64,000 nucleotides of DNA from an uncultured Acidobacteriota bacterium (GCA_963696705.1 CAVOLD010000012.1:128079-192078), one strand, 5' to 3'. Counted from the first letter of the stretch, positions 1 through 9,559 are shown. Numbers and translations are program-made. Notes: generated from the sequence alone by a model not told the origin.

Positions 1-727
1 ACGCCTTAATTGTCCCGCCAACGTTGTTCAGCGTAAGGCTTCCCATGGCGAGCTGGCCGCCATCGGTGGCTTCCATCAGGCCAGTGTTGGTCGAGGCGCC
101 CTGGTTCTGGTTTCGTCCCACGACCAGTTGAACTCCGGATTCGTTGGCCTTGATCACGCCGTTCTTGGTATTGTTGAATGTCATGTCGAAGCCGCCGCCG
201 CCCTGGATCGTCGACTTATTCAACAACTTCGCGCTGCCTCCGATAGAGTCGCCGCCAAAGGAGTTGGCGTTCAGCGTAATCGTCCCGCGGCCGGATAGGG
301 TCACCGTCCCACTGGATGAGAGGTTCAAACCCGTTGTGCCAAACGACACCGGAGCGGCCATGATAATCTGGCCGGCGTTCGTGATGGAGGAGCCGCTGAT
401 GCTGAGGCCATTGTTCATGTTAGTTACGGCGGGAAAGGTGAGGCTGTCGGAGCTGCCGACAGCGAGATCGGCTACTCCGTCGGCGACGTCCAACACGACT
501 GCCGCTCCTGATGTCTGAATGCAGACGGCGTCGCTGTTGCCGGGCTCCGAGCCGTTCGACCAATTGGCGCCGTTGCTCCAATTGTTATCTCCTCCCCCTC
601 CAGTCCAACTGTCGGTGCATTGCTGAGCGAGCGCCGAAGTCGCGCCGGCGAGCGCGAGCGTAACCATCACGGCCACAAATAACACAAAGTTGTGTAAGCG
701 TTTTTCCGGTTGGCACGGGCAATTCAT
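1..727 (-). CDS. secreted repeat protein, N-terminal part only (gene runs off left edge)
   Basis: Absent from ORF track because it has no stop inside the window. Reverse-strand translation from ATG at 727..725 (GGAGGC a few nt upstream) gives MNCPCQPEKRLHNFVLFVAVMVTLALAGATSALAQQ..., a signal peptide. The frame then stays open to position 1 and is G/S/N/T-rich with recurring N.G.I.A..GG.L units (beta-helix or autotransporter-passenger-like). Confidence 0.6.
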   Translation of the reverse strand, partial: MNCPCQPEKRLHNFVLFVAVMVTLALAGATSALAQQCTDSWTGGGGDNNWSNGANWSNGSEPGNSDAVCIQTSGAAVVLDVADGVADLAVGSSDSLTFPAVTNMNNGLSISGSSITNAGQIIMAAPVSFGTTGLNLSSSGTVTLSGRGTITLNANSFGGDSIGGSAKLLNKSTIQGGGGFDMTFNNTKNGVIKANESGVQLVVGRNQNQGASTNTGLMEATDGGQLAMGSLTLNNVGGTIKA

Positions 728-990
728 AAAGCCTCCTGGGAAGTGCAAGTAGATCCTCTTGGCGTTTCGCAGACAGTTGTTGAGTTGAGCTTGCATCCCG
801 GCAAATCTCGTGAGTATCTGAGACTCGCCTGGGTGTGCAAAATATTGCACTCTGCAAGCTTCGCCGGCCCATTTTGGGTGGCGAAAGACTGCGGGGGAAG
901 TATCCACGATATGAGCAGTCGCGCTATACTCTAGGAACTTGCTCCCCCAAGCAAGGGACATCACGGGACAACTCAGGACATTTCAGGTCT

Positions 991-2406
991 ATGCAAGCTG
1001 GCGCGCAGCAGGCATCGAATCGCCGTCTGGATTCGTGGAAGGAAATCGCGGCCTTCTTCGGTCGGGATGAGCGGACCGTCAAGCGATGGGAAAAGGAAAG
1101 GGCTCTCCCCGTACACCGGGTGCCGGGAGGGGTGAGAAGTGGTGTGTTCGCCTATACCGACGAGTTATCTCAATGGTTGAAAGATCCAGCCGCGTCGGAT
1201 GTTGGCGCGGGCGGAAGGGAAGTATCGTCCGCCGGCGTCTTGGAAGACGTGGACCCCGCGATATCCAAGCCGGTCCTGGTGCCGACTGCTCCGCCGGGTA
1301 GTTCGAAATTTGCAGTGGCGCGAATCCTGGGATTACTGCTGGCCATCCTGCTCGGGTTTCTCATACTCAAACATCAAATCCCGCGTCAGCCAACATCAGC
1401 GTCGGCGATAAGCAATGCCCCTCTCGACCATCGCCCTAACCCCGAAGCGGAAGAGTTGTATTTAAAGGGACGTTATTTCTGGAACAAGCGGACGCCGGAA
1501 GATCTTAACAAAGCTCTCGACCTGTTTACCCAGGCGATCGTTCGTGATCCCAGCTACGCGCAGGCCTATGTCGGCCTTGCCGACTGCTATAACCTGATGC
1601 GCGAGTATTCCGTGATGCCGCCCAACGAGGCTTATCCGCGGGCGCTGGCGGCGGCAAAGAAAGCCGTGGAACTCGACGACAATTCCGCCGAGGCGCACAA
1701 TTCGCTTGCCTTCGTCACATTTTATTGGACCTGGGATGCAGCCACGGCCGAACATGAGTTCAAGCGCGCGATTGCTCTGAATCCCGACTACGTGGCGGCT
1801 CACCATTGGTATGCGACCTTCTTAATGACGATGCGGCGTTATCCCGAGGCGCTAGTGGAAGTCGAAACTGCCAGGAAACTTGATCCTTCCTCCACCCCGA
1901 CCATGGCTGATAAGGGACTCATTCTTTATTGGGCAGGCCAACCAGAAGCAGGCATTGCGCTATTGAAACAGATAGAAGCTCGGGAACCGTCGTTTCTCTC
2001 GCCTCACCTTTACCTCGCAGAGATCTACCTGAACGGCAAGGACTATCCAAGTTACTTATCGGAGACAAAGAAGGTTGCGGCGTTGCGCCACGATTCGATG
2101 GCCCTTGCGATCGTGAGCGCGGCTGAGAAAGGCTTTTCTAGCGGTGGTGTCCAAAGCATGTGGAAAAGCATGCTGCCGGTACAGAAGAAGTTCTATGGCC
2201 AGGGCGCATTGTCGCCCTATTCCTTGGCGCAAACCTATGCCCAACTGGGAGAAGATCAGGAAGCTCTCAATTACTTGCGCGAGGCATACAACAAACGCGA
2301 CGCGGCTATGTTGTTTATGAACAACGACCGGTCTTTTGATGGGCTACGCGATGATTCTTCTTTCCAGGATTTGTTAGCCCGATCAGCCCAGCCGCAGTTG
2401 AACTGA
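991..2406 (+). CDS. membrane-anchored HTH + TPR repeat protein
   Basis: ORF 835..2406; likely start is the internal ATG at 991 (MQAGAQQ...). N-terminus RLDSWKEIAAFFGRDERTVKRWEKERALPVHR is an excisionase/MerR-like HTH. One TM follows (ILGLLLAILLGFLIL), then TPR-like repeats (AYVGLADCYN, AHNSLAFV, AHHWYATF). Confidence 0.75.
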   Translation: MQAGAQQASNRRLDSWKEIAAFFGRDERTVKRWEKERALPVHRVPGGVRSGVFAYTDELSQWLKDPAASDVGAGGREVSSAGVLEDVDPAISKPVLVPTAPPGSSKFAVARILGLLLAILLGFLILKHQIPRQPTSASAISNAPLDHRPNPEAEELYLKGRYFWNKRTPEDLNKALDLFTQAIVRDPSYAQAYVGLADCYNLMREYSVMPPNEAYPRALAAAKKAVELDDNSAEAHNSLAFVTFYWTWDAATAEHEFKRAIALNPDYVAAHHWYATFLMTMRRYPEALVEVETARKLDPSSTPTMADKGLILYWAGQPEAGIALLKQIEAREPSFLSPHLYLAEIYLNGKDYPSYLSETKKVAALRHDSMALAIVSAAEKGFSSGGVQSMWKSMLPVQKKFYGQGALSPYSLAQTYAQLGEDQEALNYLREAYNKRDAAMLFMNNDRSFDGLRDDSSFQDLLARSAQPQLN

Positions 2407-2458
2407 GCTGAGTTTGCTCCCCCAAGCTTGAAGTTCACAAGCCCCGCTGGCCCTGGCT

Positions 2459-2881
2459 TCATGAACCATTCCAGGGATCAACGACCTGAAGACCGCAGTC
2501 CCGGAAGTCTGCAACATTGCGAGTTGCGAGCTTTGCCCCTCGCACTTGGGAAATGGCCGCGATCTCTGCATCCACGTGGCTGATGGGTCGGCCCAGCTTA
2601 CGGCAGTTAGCGGCAATCTTAGAAAAGGAAAGCGCCGCGTCACTGTCGAACCCGAGGACTCGGCCCGCCAAGTCCTCTTCAAACAAGGACTCGGCAGCTG
2701 CCAGCAAACCTTCGCGGCGCTTGCCCTTGGTAAGCAGTTCGAGTCCGTAGAATATTTCTGCCTCGGTGATTGATGTCGTAAACAGTTCCGCCGCCGGTTG
2801 TTTGGCAACCCAGGCCACAACCCGCGAAGAGGGGATCGGCCTCATGAGCTCCGAGAGCACATTGGTGTCGAGGACGATCAC
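2459..2881 (-). CDS. vapC: PIN-domain toxin (VapC/FitB-like)
   Basis: MIVLDTNVLSELMRP... is a typical PIN N-terminus with acidic residues spaced as in VapC. 140 aa; 4-nt overlap with the upstream antitoxin gene. Confidence 0.85.
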   Translation of the reverse strand: MIVLDTNVLSELMRPIPSSRVVAWVAKQPAAELFTTSITEAEIFYGLELLTKGKRREGLLAAAESLFEEDLAGRVLGFDSDAALSFSKIAANCRKLGRPISHVDAEIAAISQVRGAKLATRNVADFRDCGLQVVDPWNGS

Positions 2882-3126
2882 TCGCCAAATCCCGGGGCCT
2901 GACGTATGGCATCACGACTCGGCAATTCCAGTTCAAGGCCGCCAAACGCCGCAAATCGGCGGCGGATGATCTCCGCCAGGTTCGCCTTTACCGGTGAGGA
3001 AGAGGTTAGCGCCGACCGCAAGATCTCCCTGGCTTCTTCCTCCATGGAGCGGCCGTGATGGGCAGCGCGGACCCTTAACCGGGTCTTGGTTTTCTCGTCG
3101 AGTTGACGAATGGTTATTGTGGCCAT
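2878..3126 (-). CDS. vapB: ribbon-helix-helix antitoxin (VapB/FitA-like)
   Basis: 82 aa. MATITIRQLDEKTKTRLRVRAAHHGRSMEEEAREILRSAL is an Arc/MetJ-type RHH. Overlaps the vapC start. Confidence 0.8.
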   Translation of the reverse strand: MATITIRQLDEKTKTRLRVRAAHHGRSMEEEAREILRSALTSSSPVKANLAEIIRRRFAAFGGLELELPSRDAIRQAPGFGE

Positions 3127-3469
3127 GCTGTCAATGCTATCATTGCTCGCGAAGAATGCAAGCCGGATTGGCGAGACTGTCGGATCGGCATTTGTCAGCT
3201 TCAGGCCACAGCTCGGTGCCGCAGGCTACCGGTCCGCGCTGAGATTTTGTCTCAATCTTAGACACGAAGCCTGGGATTATCTCAAGAGCTCGTCCAGTAC
3301 TGTCAATCTATCAAATAGATAAAGCAAGACTTACGATTCCTAGACCTAGGCAGCCCTTTGGCCGCTCTCGTGCATTCTGACTGAGCGATGCGGTCCGGGT
3401 GCCTGAGTCACGCTAACCGGCGGACTAAGGAATCGGGGCCGCATCGACGATCCCCCGGAATCAGGAATC

Positions 3470-3835
3470 ATGAGGAATTCTGTGTCCAAATCGGGCGCTG
3501 CGGCTGCTCCGGCACGAGAAAGCTCGACTACCAAGTTGGCTAGGTTTTTTCCCAACGCGACCCCGGTTCGTATTCCCGTCCGCCTGACTCGCGTGGCGAA
3601 TGGAAGCGGAGCGTTTAGCGAGAGCACGGTGATTGAGTTTGGTACCCCGACAGAAGTGCTGTTCGCCTCAACCTTGCCGCTTGAGTTCGCCGACAAACTG
3701 CGGCTGCGGAATTCCGATGGCACGCTGGACACCGAGGCCTGTGTCGTTGCCGTTCAGTACAACGGGGGCCGTACTGCGGTTGCCGCTCGCTTCACTGGCG
3801 AAGTGGCCAATTGGATTGTGAAACCTGAATTGTGA
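3470..3835 (+). CDS. hypothetical protein, possibly PilZ-like beta-barrel (degenerate motifs)
   Basis: 121-aa ORF, 18 nt upstream of the next gene. The R.PVRL... pattern followed by alternating beta-strand-like segments resembles PilZ. The canonical RxxxR and D/NxSxxG motifs are not clear. Confidence 0.5.
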   Translation: MRNSVSKSGAAAAPARESSTTKLARFFPNATPVRIPVRLTRVANGSGAFSESTVIEFGTPTEVLFASTLPLEFADKLRLRNSDGTLDTEACVVAVQYNGGRTAVAARFTGEVANWIVKPEL

Positions 3836-3853
3836 AATCTGAATTGTGAAATT

Positions 3854-4912
3854 ATGACACCCACATCTCAACTGAGTGAACTCGCGGCGGAGTGGCGTGA
3901 CGCGCGCCTGCTCTATCCGTTATATGCTGCGTTGGCTCGGGAGTTCGTGATCGATCTGCCGGCGCACAGCGATCTGGAAGCTGGAGTGGATGCGCCACCA
4001 CAGGAATCGGTCGAACAAGCCCGGCAATTGTTTCAGGACATGGATGCGCGTATTCAGGTGCATCAGCTTCGCCAGTTCCTGCAGACAACGACGGTGGGGA
4101 GCGATGAAGCTCTTCGCACCCTGCTGACTCATCATTTGCGCAGGCCGGAACACTCGGATTCTGATCGCGACAAGATCGACTTCCTGCTGGTGCAATTCTT
4201 TTCTCATTGTGCTCCCTCGCGCCTCGAAGATGCTGATGTCGATGTGGCTTATGTAGCGCAGACACTCGAGACTGTTTTGGGGCCTGTCGATCTGAAAGCT
4301 CCGGAGTGGCTGAATCCGCTCGATGAAGTTCTGCAAACCGCAAATGGTTGCCGCAACTTGAACCAGTTGCTTACCAGCCGGATTCTGGAAAAGGGTCGAA
4401 AGCTCAAAACTTCGTGCGGACAGAAGTATTTCATGCCCGCAGCCATGGTCGGGTTCACCCGCTTCAGCTTTCTGATGAGACGGATTTTCTTTCGCCTGAT
4501 GCATCAGGACCTCAACGCCATTCTGGATGGCTTGCGGGAACTGGAAAACCGCGGCGTGGAGACACTCGATTGCCGACGGGCCCAGTTTTCTGCCGAGGAG
4601 CCCATCGCGCGACTACGCATGATCTGCCAATCGTGGAAGGTGATGTTTCACGCCGAATACTCATCCGGACAGCCGGTGTCAATGTTGGTCGACCTCCGTG
4701 CCGTCGTGGAGGCCGCTCTGGCTAAGAATGCAAAGAACGCGAAGAGCGCGACTACTGCCAAACCGACCGCCGCCACAAAAACTCGCGCCCAGGCAGCGGG
4801 CGCAGCGGCTAACTCGGATGTACCCGATTTCGAGGTCTCCAGCGCATCCCCGGATTGGAGCGAGAACGCCCCCACCGGGCAGCAGGACGTTGAAGATAGC
4901 AACCCGAAATAG
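3854..4912 (+). CDS. hypothetical protein (352 aa), Ala/Lys/Thr-rich acidic tail
   Basis: Long ORF in an apparent operon with 3470..3835 and 5034..5717. No motif recognised. Confidence 0.65.
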   Translation: MTPTSQLSELAAEWRDARLLYPLYAALAREFVIDLPAHSDLEAGVDAPPQESVEQARQLFQDMDARIQVHQLRQFLQTTTVGSDEALRTLLTHHLRRPEHSDSDRDKIDFLLVQFFSHCAPSRLEDADVDVAYVAQTLETVLGPVDLKAPEWLNPLDEVLQTANGCRNLNQLLTSRILEKGRKLKTSCGQKYFMPAAMVGFTRFSFLMRRIFFRLMHQDLNAILDGLRELENRGVETLDCRRAQFSAEEPIARLRMICQSWKVMFHAEYSSGQPVSMLVDLRAVVEAALAKNAKNAKSATTAKPTAATKTRAQAAGAAANSDVPDFEVSSASPDWSENAPTGQQDVEDSNPK

Positions 4913-5033
4913 CGGAAAGACCAAGCCCTAGGCTTCAGGCGTGAGGCGTCCGGCAACAGTCAGGATAATTTGAAGCCCGAAGCCAGAAGCCTGCAGCCTG
5001 GAGCCTGACTTCCAAACGACACAGAAGGGAAAC

Positions 5034-5717
5034 GTGGATCAACCTTCCGTACTGATCATTTCGGATGACGTGGAGCTCTCGCGTGCCGTGACTGGCCGCT
5101 GGCAATCGGAACGAACTGTCCCCTCGTTCACTCTGATGAGCAGTGACATCTGTCTCGGCTTCGATCCGGACACTTTCCACCTGGCCATCGCCGGTGGTTT
5201 GCGGCCGCAAGCGCTCTCGGTTGTTCTGGAGGCGATGGACGCAGCAGGAAAGCGTGTGTTGTTTGTCTCCGAAAATCCGCGCGTTGTGCAGACTGTTCGC
5301 GATCGCTGGCCCGGTATGGCCGTGGTGCGGCAACAGGAGAATTGGCTGGACACGTTGGTCCTGGTAGCCGGGGAGATCCTGCATCGAGTTGGCGCCGAAT
5401 CTGAGGCGCGCCGTTTTGAGCAGGCCAATGCATTGCTCGAACGCCAGGCTCTGCTTGGCCGCTATATGCTCGAAATGCGGCACACTTTGAACAACACGCT
5501 CACCTCGGTGCTGGGCAACTCCGAATTGCTGTTGTTGGAGCCGGGATCGCTATCCTCTGGCGCTCGCTCTCAGATCGAAACCATCCGCAACATGTCTTTG
5601 CGCATGCACGAAATTCTGCAGCGCTTTTCCTCGCTGGAAAAAGAGCTCACTGTGGTCGATCGGCAGGCGGAAAAGGAAAGCGGCGCCAAGTCTCACGCCG
5701 TGGCGGCGAGTCTGTAG
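5034..5717 (+). CDS. pseudo-receiver + HisKA/DHp-only protein (no ATPase domain)
   Basis: GTG start preceded by AAGGGA. N-terminus VLIISDDVELSRAV is REC-like, but the phospho-acceptor position reads HLAIAGG. The H-box-like segment is EMRHTLNNTLTSVLGNSELLL. The ORF ends ~70 aa later with no N/G1/G2 boxes. Confidence 0.65.
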   Translation: MDQPSVLIISDDVELSRAVTGRWQSERTVPSFTLMSSDICLGFDPDTFHLAIAGGLRPQALSVVLEAMDAAGKRVLFVSENPRVVQTVRDRWPGMAVVRQQENWLDTLVLVAGEILHRVGAESEARRFEQANALLERQALLGRYMLEMRHTLNNTLTSVLGNSELLLLEPGSLSSGARSQIETIRNMSLRMHEILQRFSSLEKELTVVDRQAEKESGAKSHAVAASL

Positions 5718-5758
5718 GTCCTCCTGCCGGAATTTCTGTCGGGGCCGGGAGAACAGAC

Positions 5759-6226
5759 TCAATACGCGATCTTGTTGGGCTTCTCTTTCCACTCACGAAA
5801 CGCCGCTAGTGCTTCTTTGCGCATCATTTGAATCATCGGAATCTGGCGCTGCGCATGCGACTGGGCGATCTCGCGATAGATTGCTGAATCGTCAAATCCG
5901 GCATTGGACGCATCGGCCGCAGTATTGGCAAAATAAACGCGAGTCAGACGTGCCCAGTAGATTGCGCCCAGACACATGGGACAAGGCTCACAGGAGGTGT
6001 AAATCTCGCACCCTTGAAGATCGAAAACGCCGAGGTTCTTGCAGGCACCGCGAATGGCGAGCACTTCGGCATGTGCGGTGGGATCGCTGGTCGAACTAAC
6101 CTGATTCGTGGCTTCGGCGATAATGACGGCTTCTTTTACGATGACTGCGCCGAATGGCCCACCGCGTCCGGTGCGGACATTCTCAACCGAGAGCTGAATG
6201 GCGCGGGCCATGAAAGGGTTGTCCAT
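5759..6226 (-). CDS. guaD: guanine deaminase (CDA-fold, GuaD type)
   Basis: GGPFGAVIVK...DPTAHAEV.AIR.ACK.LG...CEIYTSCEPCPMCLGAIYWARL...AGFDDS.IY.EI closely follows B. subtilis GuaD as I recall it. Start trimmed to MDNPFMARAI (ORF track gives 5759..6439). Confidence 0.85.
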   Translation of the reverse strand: MDNPFMARAIQLSVENVRTGRGGPFGAVIVKEAVIIAEATNQVSSTSDPTAHAEVLAIRGACKNLGVFDLQGCEIYTSCEPCPMCLGAIYWARLTRVYFANTAADASNAGFDDSAIYREIAQSHAQRQIPMIQMMRKEALAAFREWKEKPNKIAY

Positions 6227-6318
6227 GCTTTTGCTCTGTCCACGCATGATCCGCAACAATAAGCCCACGCCGTTCCCGAAACACGGCGTGGTATGAACTG
6301 TGGCGTGGAACGTGTCCG

Positions 6319-6771
6319 CTATCCCTCGCCGATATCCTCGTTCCAAATCGCAGGATTCGCACGAATGTAATCGCCCAGCAGGGAAGCGCATTCTTCCGAA
6401 TCGACGTCGATGACTTTTATGCCAAGGGCTCGCAGCCACTCCACGCCGCCCAGAAAGTTACGGCTCTCTCCGACGACCAACGTGCCGAAGCCGAACTGCC
6501 GCACCAGACCGCTGCAATACCAACAGGGCGCCAGGGTCGTCACCATAATAAGGTTACGATAGCTGCGCTGGCGTCCGGCGTTGCGAAAGGCATCGGTTTC
6601 GCCATGCAACGACGGATCGCCGTTCTGCACCCGTCGGTTGTGGCCAGCGCCAATGAGTTTGCCGCTCTGATCAAAAATCGCGGCGCCGATCGGAATACCG
6701 CCCTCGGCCAGCCCTTTGCGGGCTTCCGCCTTCGCGACTTCCAGCAGTGCCAGGTAATCGGGATCGGACAT
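6319..6771 (-). CDS. cytosine deaminase, yeast FCY1-type (CMP/dCMP deaminase zinc-binding fold)
   Basis: HGETDAF...TLAPCWYCSG...VVGESRNF...WNEDIGEG parallels the Fcy1 motifs HGEI...SPCDMCTG...VVGENVNF...WFEDIGE. 150 aa. Confidence 0.8.
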   Translation of the reverse strand: MSDPDYLALLEVAKAEARKGLAEGGIPIGAAIFDQSGKLIGAGHNRRVQNGDPSLHGETDAFRNAGRQRSYRNLIMVTTLAPCWYCSGLVRQFGFGTLVVGESRNFLGGVEWLRALGIKVIDVDSEECASLLGDYIRANPAIWNEDIGEG

Positions 6772-6969
6772 GGCCTTTAATTATATGGGCGAACATCAAA
6801 TGGGCAAACCCTTAGACCAACACGTGCGACGTGGTCGGTTCTTAGTGAACACCGCGGTTCATCTGCACCAAACGGCACCTTCACCACTCGTTCTTCGCCT
6901 TTTTTAGTTGGCGGAAAGAAACCTTCCAACCAACCTGCGCATCCAGGTTAGCCGCAACTGGGAGGCCTG

Positions 6970-7509
6970 ATGAGCAAGAAGAGCGGGTTGGCAGATCCAT
7001 CCCGACTAAAACCTTTCGATTCGGATGACAAGCAGCTGCTGCGAGTCGTCATCGAAACTCCTAAAGGAAGCCGCAACAAGTTCGCGTTCAGTCCTGATGA
7101 GCATATGTTCGAATTGAAGAAAGTTCTACCAGCCGGGATGGCATTTCCTTATGACTTCGGATTTGTTCCCTCGACCAAAGCCGACGACGGCGATCCCGTC
7201 GACGTGCTGGTGCTGATGGATGAGCCCGCCTTCACCGGATGTTTGCTCAGTTGCAGGCCGATTGGGGTTATCGAAGGCGAGCAAGGCGATAAGAAAAACA
7301 AAGAACGGAACGATCGAATTATTTCGGTCGAAAAAGATGCGCACAGTTGGGCCGACATAGAAACGGTGGATGATCTGGGCAAGCAGTTCGTTCGCGAACT
7401 GGAAGAATTCTTTGTGGACTACCACAGGCTCTCGCGCGAGCAATACCGCGTCCTGGGTCTGAAGGGACCGAAGCAGGCACGCAAATTAGTGAAATCGAAA
7501 ATGCGATGA
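6970..7509 (+). CDS. ppa: inorganic pyrophosphatase, family I
   Basis: VVIETPKGSRNKFAF...YDFGFVPST.ADDGDPVDVLVLMDEP carries the classic PPase signatures. Confidence 0.9.
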   Translation: MSKKSGLADPSRLKPFDSDDKQLLRVVIETPKGSRNKFAFSPDEHMFELKKVLPAGMAFPYDFGFVPSTKADDGDPVDVLVLMDEPAFTGCLLSCRPIGVIEGEQGDKKNKERNDRIISVEKDAHSWADIETVDDLGKQFVRELEEFFVDYHRLSREQYRVLGLKGPKQARKLVKSKMR

Positions 7510-7522
7510 GGAATCGAACGCG

Positions 7523-7864
7523 ATGAGCCAGATTCTCGTTCGCTCCGTCATCGGCGGCGTGGTTGTTTCCGCCTTCGCTGTCCTGGGCGACCTCTTCAAA
7601 CCCAAGAGCTTCGCCGGACTCTTTGGCGCCGCGCCTTCGGTCGCTCTTGCTACTCTCGGCCTCACCATCGCAATCGAGGGAGCTGCGTACGCCGCTACCG
7701 AGGCTCGCTCCATGATGGCTGGGGCGATCGCCTTCTTTGCTTATGCGTCGTTCGTCAGCTGGGTCCTGATGCGATATAACCGAAGGGCACTCTGGGTGAC
7801 GCTCTGTTCGATTCCAGTCTGGCTGGGCACCGCGTTCGGGCTCTGGTACGTCTGGTTGAAATAG
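7523..7864 (+). CDS. small integral membrane protein (DUF3147-like)
   Basis: 113 aa with 4 hydrophobic helices. MSQILVRSVIGGVVVSAFAVLGDLFKPKSFAGLFGAAPSVALATLGL resembles DUF3147 as I recall it. Confidence 0.65.
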   Translation: MSQILVRSVIGGVVVSAFAVLGDLFKPKSFAGLFGAAPSVALATLGLTIAIEGAAYAATEARSMMAGAIAFFAYASFVSWVLMRYNRRALWVTLCSIPVWLGTAFGLWYVWLK

Positions 7865-7871
7865 CAAAACG

Positions 7872-8291
7872 ATGAGAATCCAAGTTGATCCCTCTAGTCT
7901 TGAGCAAACCAGGTGGTATGAATACGCCACCCGATTTCTGTTTGGAGGAATCATCACCGCGACTGCAGGCATTATCGCCGGCAAGTGGGGGCCGGGGATT
8001 GGCGGCCTGTTCCTGGCATTTCCCGCGATCCTCCCGGCGAGCGCAACGCTCATAGAGAAGCACGAGAAGGAAAAGAAAGAAAAATTAGGGCTAAAGGGGA
8101 CGCGTCGAGGCAGGGAAGCAGCCAGCATCGACGCGGCAGGCGCAGCCATAGGCAGCATCGGACTATTTATCTTCGCCCTGCTGCTTTGGCAATTCGGCTC
8201 AGGTCATCGCGCGTGGATAGTCCTGCTCGCCGCCACAGCGGCTTGGGCTGCCGTTTCTGTGCTCTGCTGGTACATTCGCAAACGCGCATAG
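7872..8291 (+). CDS. small integral membrane protein (DUF3147-like paralog)
   Basis: 139 aa. FLFGGIITATAGIIAGKWGPGIGGLFLAFPAILPASATLI parallels the preceding gene. 7-nt gap between the two. Confidence 0.65.
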   Translation: MRIQVDPSSLEQTRWYEYATRFLFGGIITATAGIIAGKWGPGIGGLFLAFPAILPASATLIEKHEKEKKEKLGLKGTRRGREAASIDAAGAAIGSIGLFIFALLLWQFGSGHRAWIVLLAATAAWAAVSVLCWYIRKRA

Positions 8292-8353
8292 CGGGTAATC
8301 GAGGCTTTGGAAATGCAACTATGCGCTTTCGCGCGATCAGTCCATCGTCAAAA

Positions 8354-9232
8354 TCACCGCACTGCGGCCAGTTCGGGAACGCCGGCCAGTTCTTCGAATT
8401 CCTCTGGTGTCAATTTCACGGAAGCTGCGCCTATATTTTCTTCGAGATGTTCGACCGATGACGTTCCCGGAATTGGCAGCATAATCGGCGAGCGCTGGAG
8501 TAACCAGGCCAGCGCAATCTGCTTGGGCGTGCTGTGGTGGGCTTTCGCGACCCGGTCGAGAATTTCGCCGGCCACTCTGCCGGCGCCTAGTGGAAACCAT
8601 GGGATGAAAGCAATTCCATTTTGCTCACAATAGTCCACCACGTAATCCCACTCGCGGTCAGCGAAACTGTAACGGTTCTGCACCGACACGATAGGCACAA
8701 TCTCGCGGGCTCTCTCTATGTGCTCCCGCGTGACGTTCGATAATCCGACCAAACGAATCTTTCCTTCTTTTTGCAATTCGGCGAGAGTCCCGACCGACTC
8801 TTCCAACGCGACGACCGGATCGGGCGCGTGGAGTTGATACAAATCAATGCGATCCACACGCAGCCGTTTGAGACTGCCCTCAACCGCGGCACGAAGATGC
8901 GCAGAACTCGAGTCATGCGTCCACTGATTCGGTCCCGGACGATTCCACCCACCCTTAGTCGCGATGACAAGACCCTTTGGATAAGGATACAGAGCCTCCG
9001 CGATTAGTTCTTCACTGATATGCGGACCGTAAGAGTCGGCGGTATCAATAAAGTTGACTCCAAGCTCCACCGCACGCCGAAGAACCGCCAGTGCGCCTTT
9101 GCGATCTTTCGGCGCGCCCCAGATCCCTTCGCCAGTAAGGCGCATCGCCCCAAAGCCGAGACGATGGACAGAAAGTTTATTGCCGAGTGAAACATTCCCA
9201 GCCAGAATTGCAGAGTTTTCCTTCGAGTTCAT
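8354..9232 (-). CDS. aldo/keto reductase
   Basis: LGFGAMRL...A.ELGVNFIDTADSYGP..SEELIAEAL...VIATKGG...LHAPDP are AKR signatures. Confidence 0.9.
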   Translation of the reverse strand: MNSKENSAILAGNVSLGNKLSVHRLGFGAMRLTGEGIWGAPKDRKGALAVLRRAVELGVNFIDTADSYGPHISEELIAEALYPYPKGLVIATKGGWNRPGPNQWTHDSSSAHLRAAVEGSLKRLRVDRIDLYQLHAPDPVVALEESVGTLAELQKEGKIRLVGLSNVTREHIERAREIVPIVSVQNRYSFADREWDYVVDYCEQNGIAFIPWFPLGAGRVAGEILDRVAKAHHSTPKQIALAWLLQRSPIMLPIPGTSSVEHLEENIGAASVKLTPEEFEELAGVPELAAVR

Positions 9233-9559
9233 ATTATTCTCCTGGATCGACTTTTATTCACAGTTAGGCGTTTGCCGCAGCGACCTTAACCCACCGACAG
9301 TTTTGCCCTCGGGCACAACTTGTGAGAAGGCGGGTAGGCCGATACGTGTTTGGATGAGGCCATCGTAGCCTGCGCTGCATCTTTGTTGCGGCAGTGCGTG
9401 ATTAACTCGATCTGTTCTCGCCGGCACGCTCCGTGCCAAACTCTTATCTTTCCCGCTCTAGCGCTACGTGCAGCGATCAAATTCCGTATCGAACGGTACA
9501 TGCTGAATCGTTCGAGCCGTAAAGAGCATCTTTTCTTCAACTGAGGTTAACGTTGATAA

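Noticed and set aside
144-518. 124-aa plus-strand ORF at the left edge
   Set aside because: It is proline-rich with no RBS and lies fully antisense to a much better open frame. That frame (1..727, minus) has an RBS, a signal peptide and repeat structure, so this is a shadow ORF.
7319-8158. 279-aa minus-strand ORF
   Set aside because: It overlaps ppa and both DUF3147-like genes on the opposite strand. Its composition (P/R/S-rich) is typical of antisense frames.
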